A program made the translations under genes and the position numbers. This document shows positions 1-12,915 of a stretch of 64,000 bases of DNA, piece by piece. The notes below the pieces were generated by a model. That model had not been told where the DNA came from. It did no database searches and saw nothing but the letters and a program-made list of their open reading frames with translations. The stretch is from Felis catus (Eukaryota), in contig NC_058383.1 of NCBI RefSeq assembly GCF_018350175.1, positions 11,534,001 to 11,598,000 of the forward strand. Reading direction: 5' to 3'. Every line of letters begins with the position of its first letter. The stretch's first letter is position 1.

Positions 1-1712
1 TAATGCCATGCGCTTAACAGAGACGAGGAAGTGCATCCTTCCTTTGCTCTGCTGGGAGAGCCCGTATCCCAGTCACTAAAGCAGAGCCAGGTATTTGTAT
101 CTGAGTCCAAAAGAGAGCCCAGCGCCAGTCCCTTTCTTCTCGAAGCTCCATTCCACACCACCGGATTCCAGGGATGCTGTGGTTCACGCAGAGCAGGGCA
201 GTGGTAATACCAGACCTTTGTAGCATCTACACAGCCTGAGCCATCAGTGGCTCTGGTTCATGAAATAAAATGCTGGTTTCGTGAGGGATCTCTTTAGGGT
301 GCTCAGCTCTTACAATTTGCTTAGCCAAATTGTCAAGAGGAAGAAATAGCATAGATCAAAGACCAGTAATACCACTGTTTCACCTAGGATCTGCTCCTGA
401 TGAAGAAGTTGGGCTGAGGGCCCCCATCTTGTGATTTGTTGGGTGAATATTTCAGAGGAGGGGCCCTAGGAGACCACGCGCCATTAATTTTGTGGAGGGT
501 GTGCTTTTCATTTATGAGGATTGGATCAACTTCAGTTGGGTCATACTGAGGGGCTGTCCTCGGACAATAAACCAGATGTTTGAGCAAGAGTGTTGCCGAG
601 GGTTGACTGAGCACTGAATGAGTGTCCACGATGAGGTACCTAATTTGGGAGGACGACATGGATCCTGGGCAACCCTGGCAGCTGTTGTTCACCCTTGAGA
701 GGCTCTCCTGCTTCGTGATGGGGGGCCCTCTGGAGACCCTGTTACCATGAGAAGGATTAACCTTCCTCATCCTGCCCTTGGATCCCCGCTGGAAGGAGAT
801 GCTTTGGCCACCTGGGTCCAGACTCAATTGTCCAGGCTCGCTTTTACGTCAGGGAAAACTTGGTTGTGACAAGGATGGACCATTCTAGACTCATCAGACT
901 CCTTCCACTGGGATCCCATCTTGGCATCCTCAGGAATTCCAACCCCATGCGGGTACAACCTGTAACTCACAAACACGTACTCCGCGTGTGCACTGTCTCA
1001 TGATCGCTCTAGGCACTAGGGGCGCAGATTGTCCATGTTTTCGCCCTCCAGGAGGGAAGAAACACCCAGACATTCCTCAAACATCTGTACCCGTCACCCC
1101 ACCCATCTGCTCAGCAGGTGTGCTCATTTGAGGTCTCAGGGAGGCAATACAGATCATCAGACACAAACATTTTCACATTGCACTCTGCAAGCTCATAGCC
1201 TCATTTCCATCTGAGCCTTTCTTGTTCTCTCGTCCTTTGGACAGGGTGTCCCTCTTCCAGGCCAAGATGAATATCTCCGCTCTGGATCCCCTCTCTTCCG
1301 CCAGCCTGGAGCCCTTGCTCAGGCAGAGCCTTCTCTCTTACTCTCTCCTTCTCTGCTGCCCAACCTCAGTTACGCGTGCCCAAGTCTCTCCCGTAACACA
1401 CATGAAACTCTTTCTTTGAGCCCATTTCACTTTCCTGCTCTATTTCCCATACTTCTTTCTGTTCCCTGTCAAATTGCTTGAAAGAACCGTTTGTGCTCAC
1501 GCATCCTTTCTCCTTTCTTCCTCGAAGCCTTGGCCTTCACCTCATCCCTCCAGCGAAACTGCAGTAACCAACATCACCAGTGGCTGGCCTCCTGCTAAAT
1601 CTGAGGGGCCCTTCTCGGTCTTGTCTTTCCAGAGGAGAAGCACTTGGCACTGATCGGACTACTCCCTCTTACGTGAAATAACCGTTTTTGCAGGTTTCAG
1701 GTTCATGGCCCT

Positions 1713-1933
1713 GGTAGTGCAGTGAGGAGCTCAGGCTTTGGAGCGTGTCTGCTTGGGTCCTCATCCCGGATCCAGCCTTTATTAGCAGGGTGCTTTTGTG
1801 CAAGTTCCATAGACTCTCTGCGCCTCTGACTTAGAGGGCTGTCATGAGAATTTAATTAGTTAAAACACGTACAACACTTGGAACAATGCCTGGCACAGAG
1901 TACGTCGCTAAATAATTGTTCATGGTTATTATT
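1713..1933 (+). mobile_element. MIR SINE nested in L2
   Basis: MIR-like head 'gagctcaggctttggagc..ctgcttgggtcctcatcccgg' and tail 'aacaatgcctggcacagagtacgtcgctaaataattgtt..ttattatt'. Confidence 0.75.
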
Positions 1934-2843
1934 TCCTTTGTGTTCTTCTCTTTTACGGCTATGTCCTTAAATGTTGTCATCTGGTCCTTATATCCAGTGC
2001 TGCATGGTGTCCCTCGTTTACCCCTTCAAAACATCCGTATGCTGATCATTCCCACGTCTTGGCCCCAGATCGCTCTCCTCAGATTCGAATCTACATATCC
2101 AACCGCCAGCAGCACGGATCTATTGTCTGTGTACTTACATCTGTTGTATTCAAAGCTGAACTCACCATATTCTTTCCCAGAATGATACAGGAAATAGAAA
2201 CCCCGGCCATGTGCTTCCCACTTGGATGCCAGAAACAAGGTGTCCTCCTCACTTCTTTCCCGTTCCGTTCCACATCCAGACGATTGCCAAGCGCTGTCTC
2301 TTTGATCTCCTAATTATCTCTCCAATCTGCTTGCTTTCCTTCCTCTCCATTGTTTCTCACGCATGGCGCCATCTTTTCTTCTTGTAAGACCCAGAAGACT
2401 TTATCTGCTTGCATCACCCCTTACATTCTCCACTGTGGACAAGGCTTTGCTACATGTTAATGCTTCCCACTGTTCTGGACATGACGGCCAGAGTCCTTGG
2501 AGCAGATATTGGCCTCCTCCAGTGTTTCTTACTCCTGTTAGGGGGGAAGAGGTGGGTGGATACCGCTTAGATTGACTCTGGGGCAACCTCCGTGCCATCC
2601 ACTTTGGCAACTGAAGAGCCCACTTTCTGTAATTTCTTCGGAGGACAGTGGTCTCAGCTTAACCATCACTTTCTCTGGGTAGCTTTCCCCATCCAAGCCC
2701 CAAGTCTGGATTAAATGTCCATCCATCCATACTCTCCTTTATCTCTTCTATTATTGTGCATTCATCACACTACATTATAATTGCCTGTTTCCTTGTCTCT
2801 ATCCTCCCGCACACTATAACGTCTGTCAAGGCAATAATCGTAC

Positions 2844-3249
2844 TGTTATGGGCTGCATGGTGCCCCCCTCAAAGACTCATATGTTGAAGTCCTAACCCCC
2901 CAACACTCCAGAATGTGACCACAGTTGGTAGCAGGGGCTTCCAAAAGGTAATGAAGTTAAAATGAGATTGTTACAGAGGGCTCTAATCCAATATGGCTGG
3001 TGTCCTTATTATAAGAGGAAAATTGGACCCAGACGTACTGGGGAAGATAGTGGGAAGACGTAAGAAGAGGACGGCCATCTACAGGCCAGGAAGAGCAGAT
3101 CCTTGTCTCACAGCTCTCAAAAGGAACCAACCCTGAGACACTTTGATTTTGGACTCCCAGCCTCCAGAACTGCGAGTCCATACATTTTTGTGGTTTAAGC
3201 CACCCAGTCTATGGTACTTTGTTACGGCAGCCCCTAGGAGACTAATACA
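2844..3249 (+). mobile_element. MaLR solo LTR, MLT1B-like
   Basis: TG...CA termini (tgttatgggctg ... actaataca), MLT1 motif 'ggactcccagcctccagaactg', near-perfect 5-bp TSD cgtac/cgtat. Confidence 0.9.
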
Positions 3250-5194
3250 CGTATCTTACTCACTTCCCAGTGCTGAGCATGGCACGAGGAAGGGATTCAG
3301 CATCTGATGAATACTTTTTGAGTAAGTGAAGGAACGAGTCAGCCACCGAGAAGAGCCAGGATTCATTGATCCGGTTTATGCAATCACATTTAGTCAAGTA
3401 TAGAAGAATGTTGTAGACATTCAGAGAAATTAGGTGGCATTTGTGGAATCCTTACAGAGAAAACTTGACATGAAGACGCTGAGTAAGACGCCAGTGACTG
3501 TTCCCATCTTCCAGTGGTTTATAGCCAGATGTGGTGGGGGATGTGCACTTCAGCTGCAATAAAAAAATAAACCTCAAGCTCACGGAGTGATTGGAGCACA
3601 AAGAAGAAAAGGGATGAATTTACAATGAGATGACCGAGGGAGAGTCTCGTGCCTTCAAAAGTTGGTTGTGTTTCAGCAAACAGAGGTAATGGCCAAAGAG
3701 GAATCCAAGGCACATCATACTCAAAGGTAGAGAGGAAGGAAGTATGTTCTAGGAGTAGAACACCCCTGGTTTGGCTGGATCATAAGCCATCTTCTTGGGA
3801 AGCCATTAGGAGGCAGCATTTGGGAGAGCCTTGAATGTCAGTCGGGAGCATTTCTGAATCCGTGTCTCTGCATTTACGTTCCACAAATACTGGAAATATT
3901 AGCAGCTGAAGCTCTTCCTCCCTCCCGTACCTTCCCTCAAAGAAGCATCGGTTGGTTTAATCATTCATCGCAAAAACGACGTCTCCCCTTCTACATTTTT
4001 TAAATTTTGTCGTAACTTTCAATAGGAAATCTATGCACGGTCAATTAGCTCTCCAAGAGCAGGCTCAGCTCTGTGATGGATGGGCCAAGCCTTTGTTAAG
4101 ACACCGCTCAGTACGTGTGTATATGTTTGTGTGTCATTGCCGAGACTGGCAATTAGTCTGGAAAACTAATCACCTCCTTCAAACAAAGGCAGCCAGAAAT
4201 TCTCTTACATGCGTTCAGCTTTGGTAAATCACTTGACGATCACAGGGCTTTCTGGGGCAGGCTGTTCAAACAAATCTCTTTCCTCATCCAAGGTGGCCTC
4301 TGGGGTCATCTCTTTTGCATGCTGGTGATCCCATGCAGCTCCGTGTAGCTTGTCACCATACTTCAAGCACAGACCTTGGACTTGGAAGTGCCCACCCCCT
4401 TTGCCCTTGTTCCAAAGCGGGGCTTTTGCGAGCCGCCCACCCCTCAGCAGGAGCAGTATATTGGAAATGTAAGGCGAGCCGCCGTTTGGAAGGAAGTGGG
4501 GGTGTGGAGAGATTGAGACCGGATCAGGTCTCAAAGGAGAAGGGAAAGGCACTATGTACTTTAAAATTTTATCTAAATCTTTATTTCTTAAGCCAATACG
4601 AGGCAACCAAGACTGGGCGATGCCAGTGAGGTCTCCCATTACGTCGGTTCTTCTGGTGACCCAGGTTTTTCCCACCCCAATACATCTGAAAGCCACGTTT
4701 GTTAATAACCAGAACAAGTGAGTGCGAAGTGAGGAAGCCATAAAGCTTATTCAAGTCACCGCCGGGACCCTCTGTTATGCTTCTGGGCTGGACGTGTCCT
4801 CCATGCATCCTGGAGATACTGGTCTACAATGTGATACTGCAGTGAAATCAGCATCCTTGCTCTTGGCCATATCAGCCACAAGATGCTTGGTATTAACCCA
4901 CAAGTATTTACTTTGAGATCTTCCCCCATCAGAGCTGACCCCTAGGGAAAAGGTAAGGCAGAAAGTGCCTTAGACCCTGGCCTTTGGGGTTCTCATCCAG
5001 ATAGTTCAGCCAGGGGCTTGAAAACCCGAGTTCAAATCCTGAAGCTTCCAGGACCAGCATCTGAGCTGAGCCCTTCTTTGTAGAGTCAGTTTCTCATCTG
5101 AAAGGAAGGGGTATAGTGGGTTTGGAGATCCCAGAATCCTCTCAGCCTCCAACATCCTATGAGGAGACCTTCAGTGAGGAAATCTCTGAAGCTT

Positions 5195-5405
5195 GGGGCG
5201 CCTGGGTGGCTCAGTCAGTTAATTGTGCCAGCTTTTGATTTCAGCCTAGGTCATGATCTCACAGTTCCTGGGTTCGAGCCCCGTATCGAGCTCTGCGTCG
5301 ACAGCATGAAGCCTGCTTGGGATTCTCTGTCTCCCCCTCTCTCTATGAGCCCCTCCCCTTCTCTCTCTCTCTCTCTCTCAAAAATAAGCAAATAAACATT
5401 AAAAA
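5195..5405 (+). mobile_element. Can-SINE (feline SINEC, older type)
   Basis: Head ggggcgcctgggtggctcagtc with Pol III A/B boxes, CT tract, A-rich tail. 16-bp TSD aggaaatctctgaagc at 5177-5192 and 5406-5421. Confidence 0.97.
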
Positions 5406-6264
5406 AGGAAATCTCTGAAGCCTACACAACAACATCCAAGGAAAGTGAGATTCTGCCCACACCTTCTTCCCTTCTACCGCCAAGGTGCACATCTACTCTT
5501 GAGGGGTTTTTTTTCCCCCTTCGTGGATGGTTTTAATATTCATCTTCCCTCTCATTAGTCACTTATCCTGGGGCGGGGGAGAGCACATAATTTACATCTG
5601 TCCAGACCCACCTCTCCCTTCTCCAGGAGTCCCAGGGCCACCGTCTTGGCGGGCCCAGTATGGCCTTATCTTCCGCTGTGGTTGGCTCCCTGGGGATTTG
5701 GCCTTTGCCTGGATGAACAGTCCAACCACACGTCCCAGGGCTGAACACCTGGAGTCATTTCAGTTGCAGAGGGGCTTTGGCAAAGCCCTCTCTGCAGCCC
5801 CGGTGCCTTTCATCTTTACGCTGCTGTGAATTTAAAGGGAAATGAGAATCCACTGCTTCTGATACCTTTACACTTAACTCATCAGAAAACCGTCTAGGGA
5901 AATGGGTTTGAGAGCCAGGAAACCTTTTTGAAGACCCTTTGTTTGGGAAGTAAAACTCGCCATGTTTTCCAGAAACCCAGGTTTCACGCCACACCCCCTA
6001 GTCACCCTCGTACCATCTCCCCTGGCACCTCCAAATCGGGATCCTCAGGTTTCGCTGAGCCACCTGTACCTGAAATAATCATTGTGATTGACTGCATTTG
6101 GGCCACTCTCCACTTTGTCAGCGGTTCAGCAGTTCTCATTGGATTCTCATAGGAACCTGGTGATGGATTTGTCAATGGAAGCATCAAAGGGGTTCAAGTC
6201 AGCCTGTAATTGGCAGAGCTTGGTCCAGACCCCACCCCCCCCCACTGGCTCCTAATGCTGAGAC

Positions 6265-6419
6265 CAGTGGTTCTCGAACTTTAGCCTGAATTAGAATCAC
6301 TTGGCTGGGCCCCCACCCCAGAGTGGGTTTGGAATGGGGCCTAGAGAATTTGCGTTCCCAAGAAACTTCCAGGTGGTTCTAACGCTGATGGTCCTGGGGC
6401 ACCATTTTGAAGGCCAGTG
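6265..6419. mobile_element. hAT-Charlie MITE, MER5A-like
   Basis: 'cagtggttctcgaacttt...gaatcac..gctgggccccacccc agag...gggcctagagaatttgc..ttccaggtg..cattttgaaggccagtg' fits the recalled MER5A layout. Confidence 0.75.
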
Positions 6420-8510
6420 TCTTAAATGTACCCCCATGGGATCCCTTTGTCTCCTCCTTGAGTGTGTAGACCCGCCTTCCTCAGTGTTACCTATGCCAAA
6501 CAGATGGAAAAGGAGTCTTCGCTCACCAAAAGGAAGATGCCACGTGTTTGCAAAGACTGGTCAGCAAGAACAGGCCATTTTCGCTGGGACTCGCCCCCCA
6601 AGTGCAGGCCAAACGTCTCCAACTCAGCCTCTCACCGTTTCCCCGACGAGGGCGTTCTTAGCCTCGGTTCGTTTTGTCTCCTAACATCTGATGACGCTTT
6701 CCTGCCGTAATCGGACACCTCCGAGGCAATGGCCCTGGACACCACTCGTCATTCATGGTTTCCTCTCGATGACTGTTGCCCTCCTTAATGTTATCTCCGC
6801 GTGCGGAATCCCCACCGGGGCAGTATTGCCTTTTTGGCGTCATCAGTTAATTTGTTCATTTCCATGTACGTTATTGAAAGCACTCCGAGTCTTAATTAGT
6901 CCTCTTTAGCCGCTTCTCCCTGTAGCCCCCGTGTCACAGAACCAAAGGCACTGAAGCACGGTGAGGAACAGGCCTAATTAACAGGCCCGTGATTGAAACT
7001 CGGGAGCAATGGAGGATGCGGAAGATTTACATAATTCATACGCAAAATGGGGGGCTGATGCGGTGGCAGGGGAGATGGACGCAGGAAGAGCAGTTAGGAT
7101 TTGTCAAAGATACGTGTTGGTTAGGGCTGCAGGGCCCCTCCCCTTTGCTTCCAGGAACTGCTCAGTTCCCACCGCTCAGTTCCGAACGGTTCTGGATGGG
7201 GTGGCAAGTGCAGAACCAGCCGTGATCTCATCCCCTGCTTGAGGAGAGAGCACCTGACTGGGTCTGGCTGTTTGGAAGCCTCCCGCCCCCTGGCCATGGT
7301 GATGGGTTCAGGCATGAACGTGTGATTCTCTAGTTGGGCCAATCAGAGTTGCTTCCCGGGACTTTTCTGCTGGGTGTAGCTGGGAGGAGCGCCTTTGGCC
7401 CTTGGGAGCAGGGGGTTAGAAGGACGTGACTCTTTGGTGGCCAGGAACCATCTTCCCCACAGCATGGGAGAAGACCGTCTGCAGGAGAAGAATGGGGTCC
7501 AAGTGCAGAAAGAGGCATAGCCAGGAAGTGACGGGAGATGAGAAGCCACCCAAGACAGAGTCTGAGCCCCTGCCTTGTGGTGCCAAAGCTACTCACACTT
7601 CATTGGACAAGACCTTCCTTGATTTGGTTACAAGTACATGGGACTCGAGCGAACTCCTGTGATCAGCACTGCCTCGCCTCTCGTCAGCTCAGGTACAGTC
7701 AACAGGGGGTTGACATTGAGGTGATCCCGACAGGGCAGGGAAGTGGCCGTGAAGACGCTTTTCATATCTCCCACCCCTTTTTGACCCACACCAAGGAACT
7801 GTGTTTCCACTTCATTTGAACCTACAAGACCTGTTTCCTTCAGGTACCTGGGGTTTGCTCCCTGTACTAGGCTATCAGCCACTGGTTGTCACATCCCTTT
7901 GGATGCTGTGGGGCATGGACTGGCCGCCATACTTGGGGGACATCCCTACGTAGTCAGTCACCACTAACTCTGCTCCTGCCCTGAATCAGCCTTGGTCTCT
8001 TTAACATGACTCATTCCACAGGCAGTATTTATTGAGTACCTGTTACGTGCCTGGCACATCTGGGAATATGGGGACAACTGGACCTGAGCCCACCCAGTGA
8101 AGGTCCAAGTGCAGAGAGACCTCTGTCTTAATCTTTATGGATCAATGTCCAGGCCAAGGCCTTTGGTTGCCCCATTGGACAAGGCAGAGGCCTTCCCACC
8201 CTACTACTCCTCATAGGAACATCTAATTCAACTTATATCTCATAAAGAGGAGATTCAGACATGGACCTAGGGATTCATGGACCTAGGGATTCATAAGAGC
8301 CCTTTTGACTGAGGTTCCAACATGCTTAGACACCATGCTCAAGACACAAAATTACCTCCATTCACGGACATACAAAGAATTCTATTGCTTCCTGTATTTT
8401 TTTTTCCTTTGGTGCAATATCCGCGTTAAGCCCCCTGGAGATTTTTGGCTTTGTTTCCTTTGTTTTACAGATTTTTATTTAAAATTTCTTCTTGACCAGA
8501 AAAGTAAAAC

Positions 8511-8598
8511 ACTATACTATCCTATATACTATACTATACTATACTATACTATACTATACTATACTATACTATACTATACTATACCATACTTACTATAG
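8511..8598. repeat. (ACTAT)n pentanucleotide microsatellite
   Basis: Direct reading of tandem actat units with a few variants. Confidence 0.95.
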
Positions 8599-9418
8599 AT
8601 CATATAGAAAATAGAAAAACAAATCAAAACCAAAGAAAAATAACTCACAATATTTTTAAAAAGAATAGAAGGCTGTTGATTGACCACTGTTTACCAGTAT
8701 TTACAACAAAGCAAACAATATACAGTTTGACTACAAAGTGATTGTTTCTCCTGGTTGCTGCTAAACCAGTAACTCAAATGCTGAGAAGAGGGAGGTTACA
8801 TGTAAGGAATGAGTTGGGGTAAAGGAAAAACGTGCAGATCAAGAGTTTCGATTATAGGGGTTTGTCCCCCCATTTATTGCAGCAGGTGCTAAATCACCCA
8901 CATCTCTAATCCTCCCATTATGATTAGGTTTCTATCAGCCACGTCTTAGACCTTTTGGTCAGTACAGCACGGGGATTTCAGCTTCTTGAAAAAGATCGGT
9001 TCACTAGAAGGAAGCTTTAAATGTCCATTTAACTAAGTTTTGCTTACCTAGTTAAAGCACACCAGGACTTGTGGGTGGGAAGGTGGTTGGGAGTGATAAA
9101 GTTTTCCTTTCAGGGATCTTGCACATAAACTTGCATTTGTATGACTGTAGATATGGATTCTGATAGGCTGCTTTCCTATTGTCCAATTTAAATTGCTTAC
9201 ATTACACTTAAATTGTCCAATTAGTTACAAAATTTGAGAGGTTAAGGCTTCCAGAAAAATTTCAATTTAACTTTAAGTGATTTATGTCTTAGGTTGCTGA
9301 AAATGAGGGCGTCCAGAAACACATATCCACTTAGCCACAGGTATAAAATGCTGTTTTTATTTTGGGGAATATTAAAAAAAAAAAGAAAGAAAAGAAAACC
9401 ATTTATGTCTGTATTTTA

Positions 9419-9657
9419 TTTTTTTATTTTTTATTTTTTTTTTTAATTTTTTTCAACGTTTTTTATTTATTTTTGGACAGAGAGAGACAGAGCATGAACG
9501 GGGGAGGGGCAGAGAGAGAGGGAGACACAGAATCGGAAACAGGCTCCAGGCTCTGAGCCATCAGCCCAGAGCCCGACGCGGGGCTCGAACTCACGGACAG
9601 CGAGATCGTGACCTGGCTGAAGTCGGACGCTTAACCGACTGCGCCACCCAGGCGCCC
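9419..9657 (-). mobile_element. Young feline SINEC_Fc
   Basis: Full-length reverse SINE with CpGs retained. 13-bp TSD tgtctgtatttta at 9406-9418 and 9658-9670. Confidence 0.98.
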
Positions 9658-9872
9658 TGTCTGTATTTTAAGTATGCACACACACAAACCCAAATAAACA
9701 AAAACCCCAGAATAGTCCTTAGGCATATAGGAGTTAAACAGACATTCTGATTGAGTAACGACTATGAAGATTTCCCCCAACGTTTAGAAAAGGTGTTCTC
9801 CAATGCAGGGGGATAATATCCCATGGTTGCAAATATCCTTTTCTGATAAAGGAAGCAATTACAGAAAGCTTT

Positions 9873-10085
9873 AAAACAGTTTTTTTTAAACATTTATATT
9901 TGAGGGACAGAGCGAGACAGAGCATGAGTGGGGGAGGGGGAGAGAGAGAGGGAGACACAAAATCTGAAGCAGGCTCCGGGCTCCGAGCTGACAGCACAGA
10001 GCCTGACGTGGGGCTCAAACTCACGGACTGCGAGATCATGACCTGAGCCGAAGTTGGCTGCCCAACCTAAGCCACCCAGGCGCCC
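9873..10085 (-). mobile_element. Feline SINEC_Fc
   Basis: Reverse SINE body ending 'gccacccaggcgccc'. TSD agaaagcttt at 9863-9872 and 10088-10097. Confidence 0.96.
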
Positions 10086-10189
10086 TTAGAAAGCTTTTAT
10101 TTGTTCAAAGTAACCAGTGCCGTAGATGCAAAAAACCCCAACAACTCCCCCAATACTACTTAAAAACCAACATGTCAAACTCGATTTTC

Positions 10190-10423
10190 TTTTTTTTTTT
10201 TTTTTTTTAATTTTTTTTTTCCAACATTTATTTATTTTTGGGACAGAGAGAGACAGAGCACGAACGGGGGAGGGGCAGAGAGAGAGGGAGACACAGAATC
10301 GGAAACAGGCTCCAGGCTCTGAGCCATCAGCCCAGAGCCTGACGCGGGGCTCGAACTCACGGACCGCGAGATCGTGACCTGGCTGAAGTCGGACGCTTAA
10401 CCGACTGCGCCACCCAGGCGCCC
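10190..10423 (-). mobile_element. Young feline SINEC_Fc
   Basis: Long clean poly(T) and intact body. TSD ctcgattttc at 10180-10189 and 10424-10433. Confidence 0.98.
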
Positions 10424-10542
10424 CTCGATTTTCATTAAAATGTTATTTCTTCACACTAATCAATCAAAACACCGAGACCCAGATTATACACACACACACA
10501 CACACACACACACAGTGCGTGTGTGTGTATATATATATACAC

Positions 10543-10782
10543 CAATAAAACCTTGTATTGCAAGTAACTTGTTCTGCGAGTGTTCCACAAGACAAGCAAA
10601 TAATTCTAATAAATTTTAACTTGATAAATGAGTGACATCTTGCAATCCAAGTAGTGCATGATGCTGGACGTCACATGATCACAGCTGAGCCAATGGCTCT
10701 TGAAATTCTCTTTGATGTATGAGTGTTTTGGATTATAAGCATGTTTCTGGGATGAATTGTGCTCACAAACCAAGGTTTTACT

Positions 10783-10783
<1 letters not shown>
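10543..10783. mobile_element. Tigger/pogo-type MITE (~241 bp)
   Basis: Terminal inverted repeats caataaaaccttg (10543-10555) and caaggttttacta (10771-10783), no coding capacity, flanked by TA/CA microsatellites. Confidence 0.8.
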
Positions 10784-10814
<31 letters not shown>

Positions 10815-10840
10815 GTGTATATGTATATGTATATGTATAC

Positions 10841-10872
<32 letters not shown>

Positions 10873-10890
10873 GTATGTATATATATGTAT
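10784..10890. repeat. Compound (CA)n-(TATATG)n microsatellite
   Basis: Direct reading. A second (CA)n/(GT)n/(TA)n tract lies at 10487-10540 on the other side of the MITE. Confidence 0.95.
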
Positions 10891-11004
10891 AAAAAACAAC
10901 ACCAACAATTATTGAGCTACACTGGGATTCACGCATCATAAGAGAGGCTCCAGAATGATGTCCAATTCATTCTGGCACGTGAGAAAACAAGGAAGAGTCT
11001 GGAT

Positions 11005-12915
11005 CCTGGAAGAGGGCTTTCACCCGACCATGCCGGCACCCTGATCTTGGACTTCCAGCCTCCAGAACTGTAAGAAATAGGTTTCTGTTGTTGATAAGCC
11101 CCTCAGTCTGGGGTATTGTGCTATAGCAACCTGAACAGGTTAAGGCAGAAATTGGTACCAGAAGTGGGTCGCTGCTGTAACAAACACCTATAAATCTGGA
11201 AGAGGCTTTGGAATGGGGTCATGAGCAGAGGGTGAAGGGGTTTGGAGGTATGTGCTAGAAAAAGTGCACATCGCCACGAACGGATTATCAAAAGCAATTC
11301 TGGTGTGAGCTCGGAAGGGGGGCAGGAGAGCTATAGAGAGAGCCTCAGTCTTCTCAGAGAATACCTAAGTGGCCCTCCACAGAATGTTCCTAGAAGTATG
11401 GACAGTAACGGCCATTCTGGTGAGGTCTCCGTTGGGAGTGGGGAACGTGCTCTTGGATCCTGAAGAAAAAGGCCATCCTTATCATGAAGTGGCAAAGAAC
11501 TTGGCGGAATTGTGTTCACATCCTAGTGTTTTCTGGAAGGTAAAACTTGTGGGCGATGGAATTGGATATTTGGCTGAGTCTTTCTCTAAGCAGCATGTTG
11601 GAGGTGCAGCTCGGCTTCCCTTGGATGCTTATCGACTTAAGGATGGAATCGTTCATCCAAAGGGAAGCAGAAATGAAAAATTTGGACGATTCTCAGCCTT
11701 CTCGTTTGCAAAAAACGAGACACCATGTTCTTAAGAGGATGCTTAGGGTGTGGCCAAGGACCTTCGGATAAGGACATTACTGTGGGTGTCAAGCACAGAC
11801 GTAACCGATGACCCCAGGCAAACAGCCAAGTTGGACTTGAAGGAGGAGACAGGGAGGGATGAAGGAAGGTTGTCCTACTTAGATTTTACAGACAGGACAC
11901 TAGAGCTCATCCCCTGTGATCATGTGATATTCTTCCAGAGAAGAAGGACCCCAAAGACATTTCAGAGATCATCAGGGCTGCCTTCTTAGTTTCAAAAAGA
12001 GGGAACAGCACCTAGGTTCTAACAAACCAGACGGTGTCCCACCCAAAGCCATGGGAACGATGTCCCCCAAAGCCTTGGGGACCAGACCCCTGCCCAGTAG
12101 AGCTGCGGGGGGCAGGGCCACTCAAGTGACCCCAGATGGGTAGAGTCACCAGTGTGCTATTCCCATCTGGATGAACTACTGTGTGGGCCGTGCCCAATAA
12201 AGCCATTTGTTGGGGCGGGGGAGGGGTTGGGTAGTCAAGAATGATCCAGTGTGTCTGGCAGGCAGGACCCTCGCCCCAGAGGGCAGAGCATTGCGCTAGA
12301 GAAGATTACCCTCAAGCCTTAAGATTTAATGTTTACCATGTTGGCTTTTGGACTTCTTCGGGTCTGTCACCCCCTTCCTTCTCTCCTATTTCTTTCGGGA
12401 TGACAATGTCTGTCCTAGGCCTCCTCCGCTTACTGTACTATGGAAATAACAAAACTTACTTGATTTCACAGGTTCCCAGCTGGAGGGCAATTTTGCTTCA
12501 GAATGAATCTCAATCCCGAGTCTCAACCCACACTTGATTTGATGATATTTAATGAGACTTTGGACTTGGGACTTTTAAGTTGATGCTCAACTGAGTTACC
12601 ACTTCTGGGGATGTTGGGATCAAAGGAATGCAGTTTTCATGTGAGAAGGATGTGACTTTGGGTGGTGGAATGGTCTGGTCTGAATGTTTTCTGCCCTCAA
12701 AATTCGTGTTGAAATTCTAACCCCTACATGTGATGGCACTAGGAGGCAGGGCCTTCGGGCGGTGATTAGTGCCCTTATAGAAGAGACCCCACAGAGTTCC
12801 CTCCCCCTTCTACCACGTGGCACCCTGATCTCAGACTTCTAGCTTCCAGAACTGTGAGAGATAAGTCTGTCCTTTATTAGCCACCCAGGGTGGTATTTTG
12901 TTACAGCAGCCTGAA
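11005..12915 (+). mobile_element. MaLR (MLT1A-like) element: partial 5' LTR, internal region, internally deleted 3' LTR
   Basis: LTR 3' part (11005-~11146, 'ctgatcttggacttccagcctccagaactgtaagaaat') runs straight into the MaLR internal start 'gaaattggtaccagaagtggg'. Second LTR ~12671-12915 ('tggtctgaatgt...aaaattcgtgttgaaattctaaccc...ttgttacagcagcctgaa'). Confidence 0.88.

Larger units (their letters stand above)
1250..3335 (+). mobile_element. L2 LINE remnant (RT region to 3' tail), interrupted by a MIR and an MLT1 LTR
   Basis: ~1530-1670 resembles the L2 RT segment (consensus SGFRPHHSTETAL..VTNDLL.AKS.G.FSVL): 'gccttcacctcatccctccagcgaaactgcagtaaccaacatcaccagtggctggcctcctgctaaatctgaggggcccttctcggtc'. 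Degraded L2-like 3' end near 3260-3335. Confidence 0.7.

Noticed and set aside
384..827. 147-aa minus-strand ORF in unique sequence
   Set aside because: No family resemblance or clear splice boundaries. A BLASTX search would be needed to revive it.
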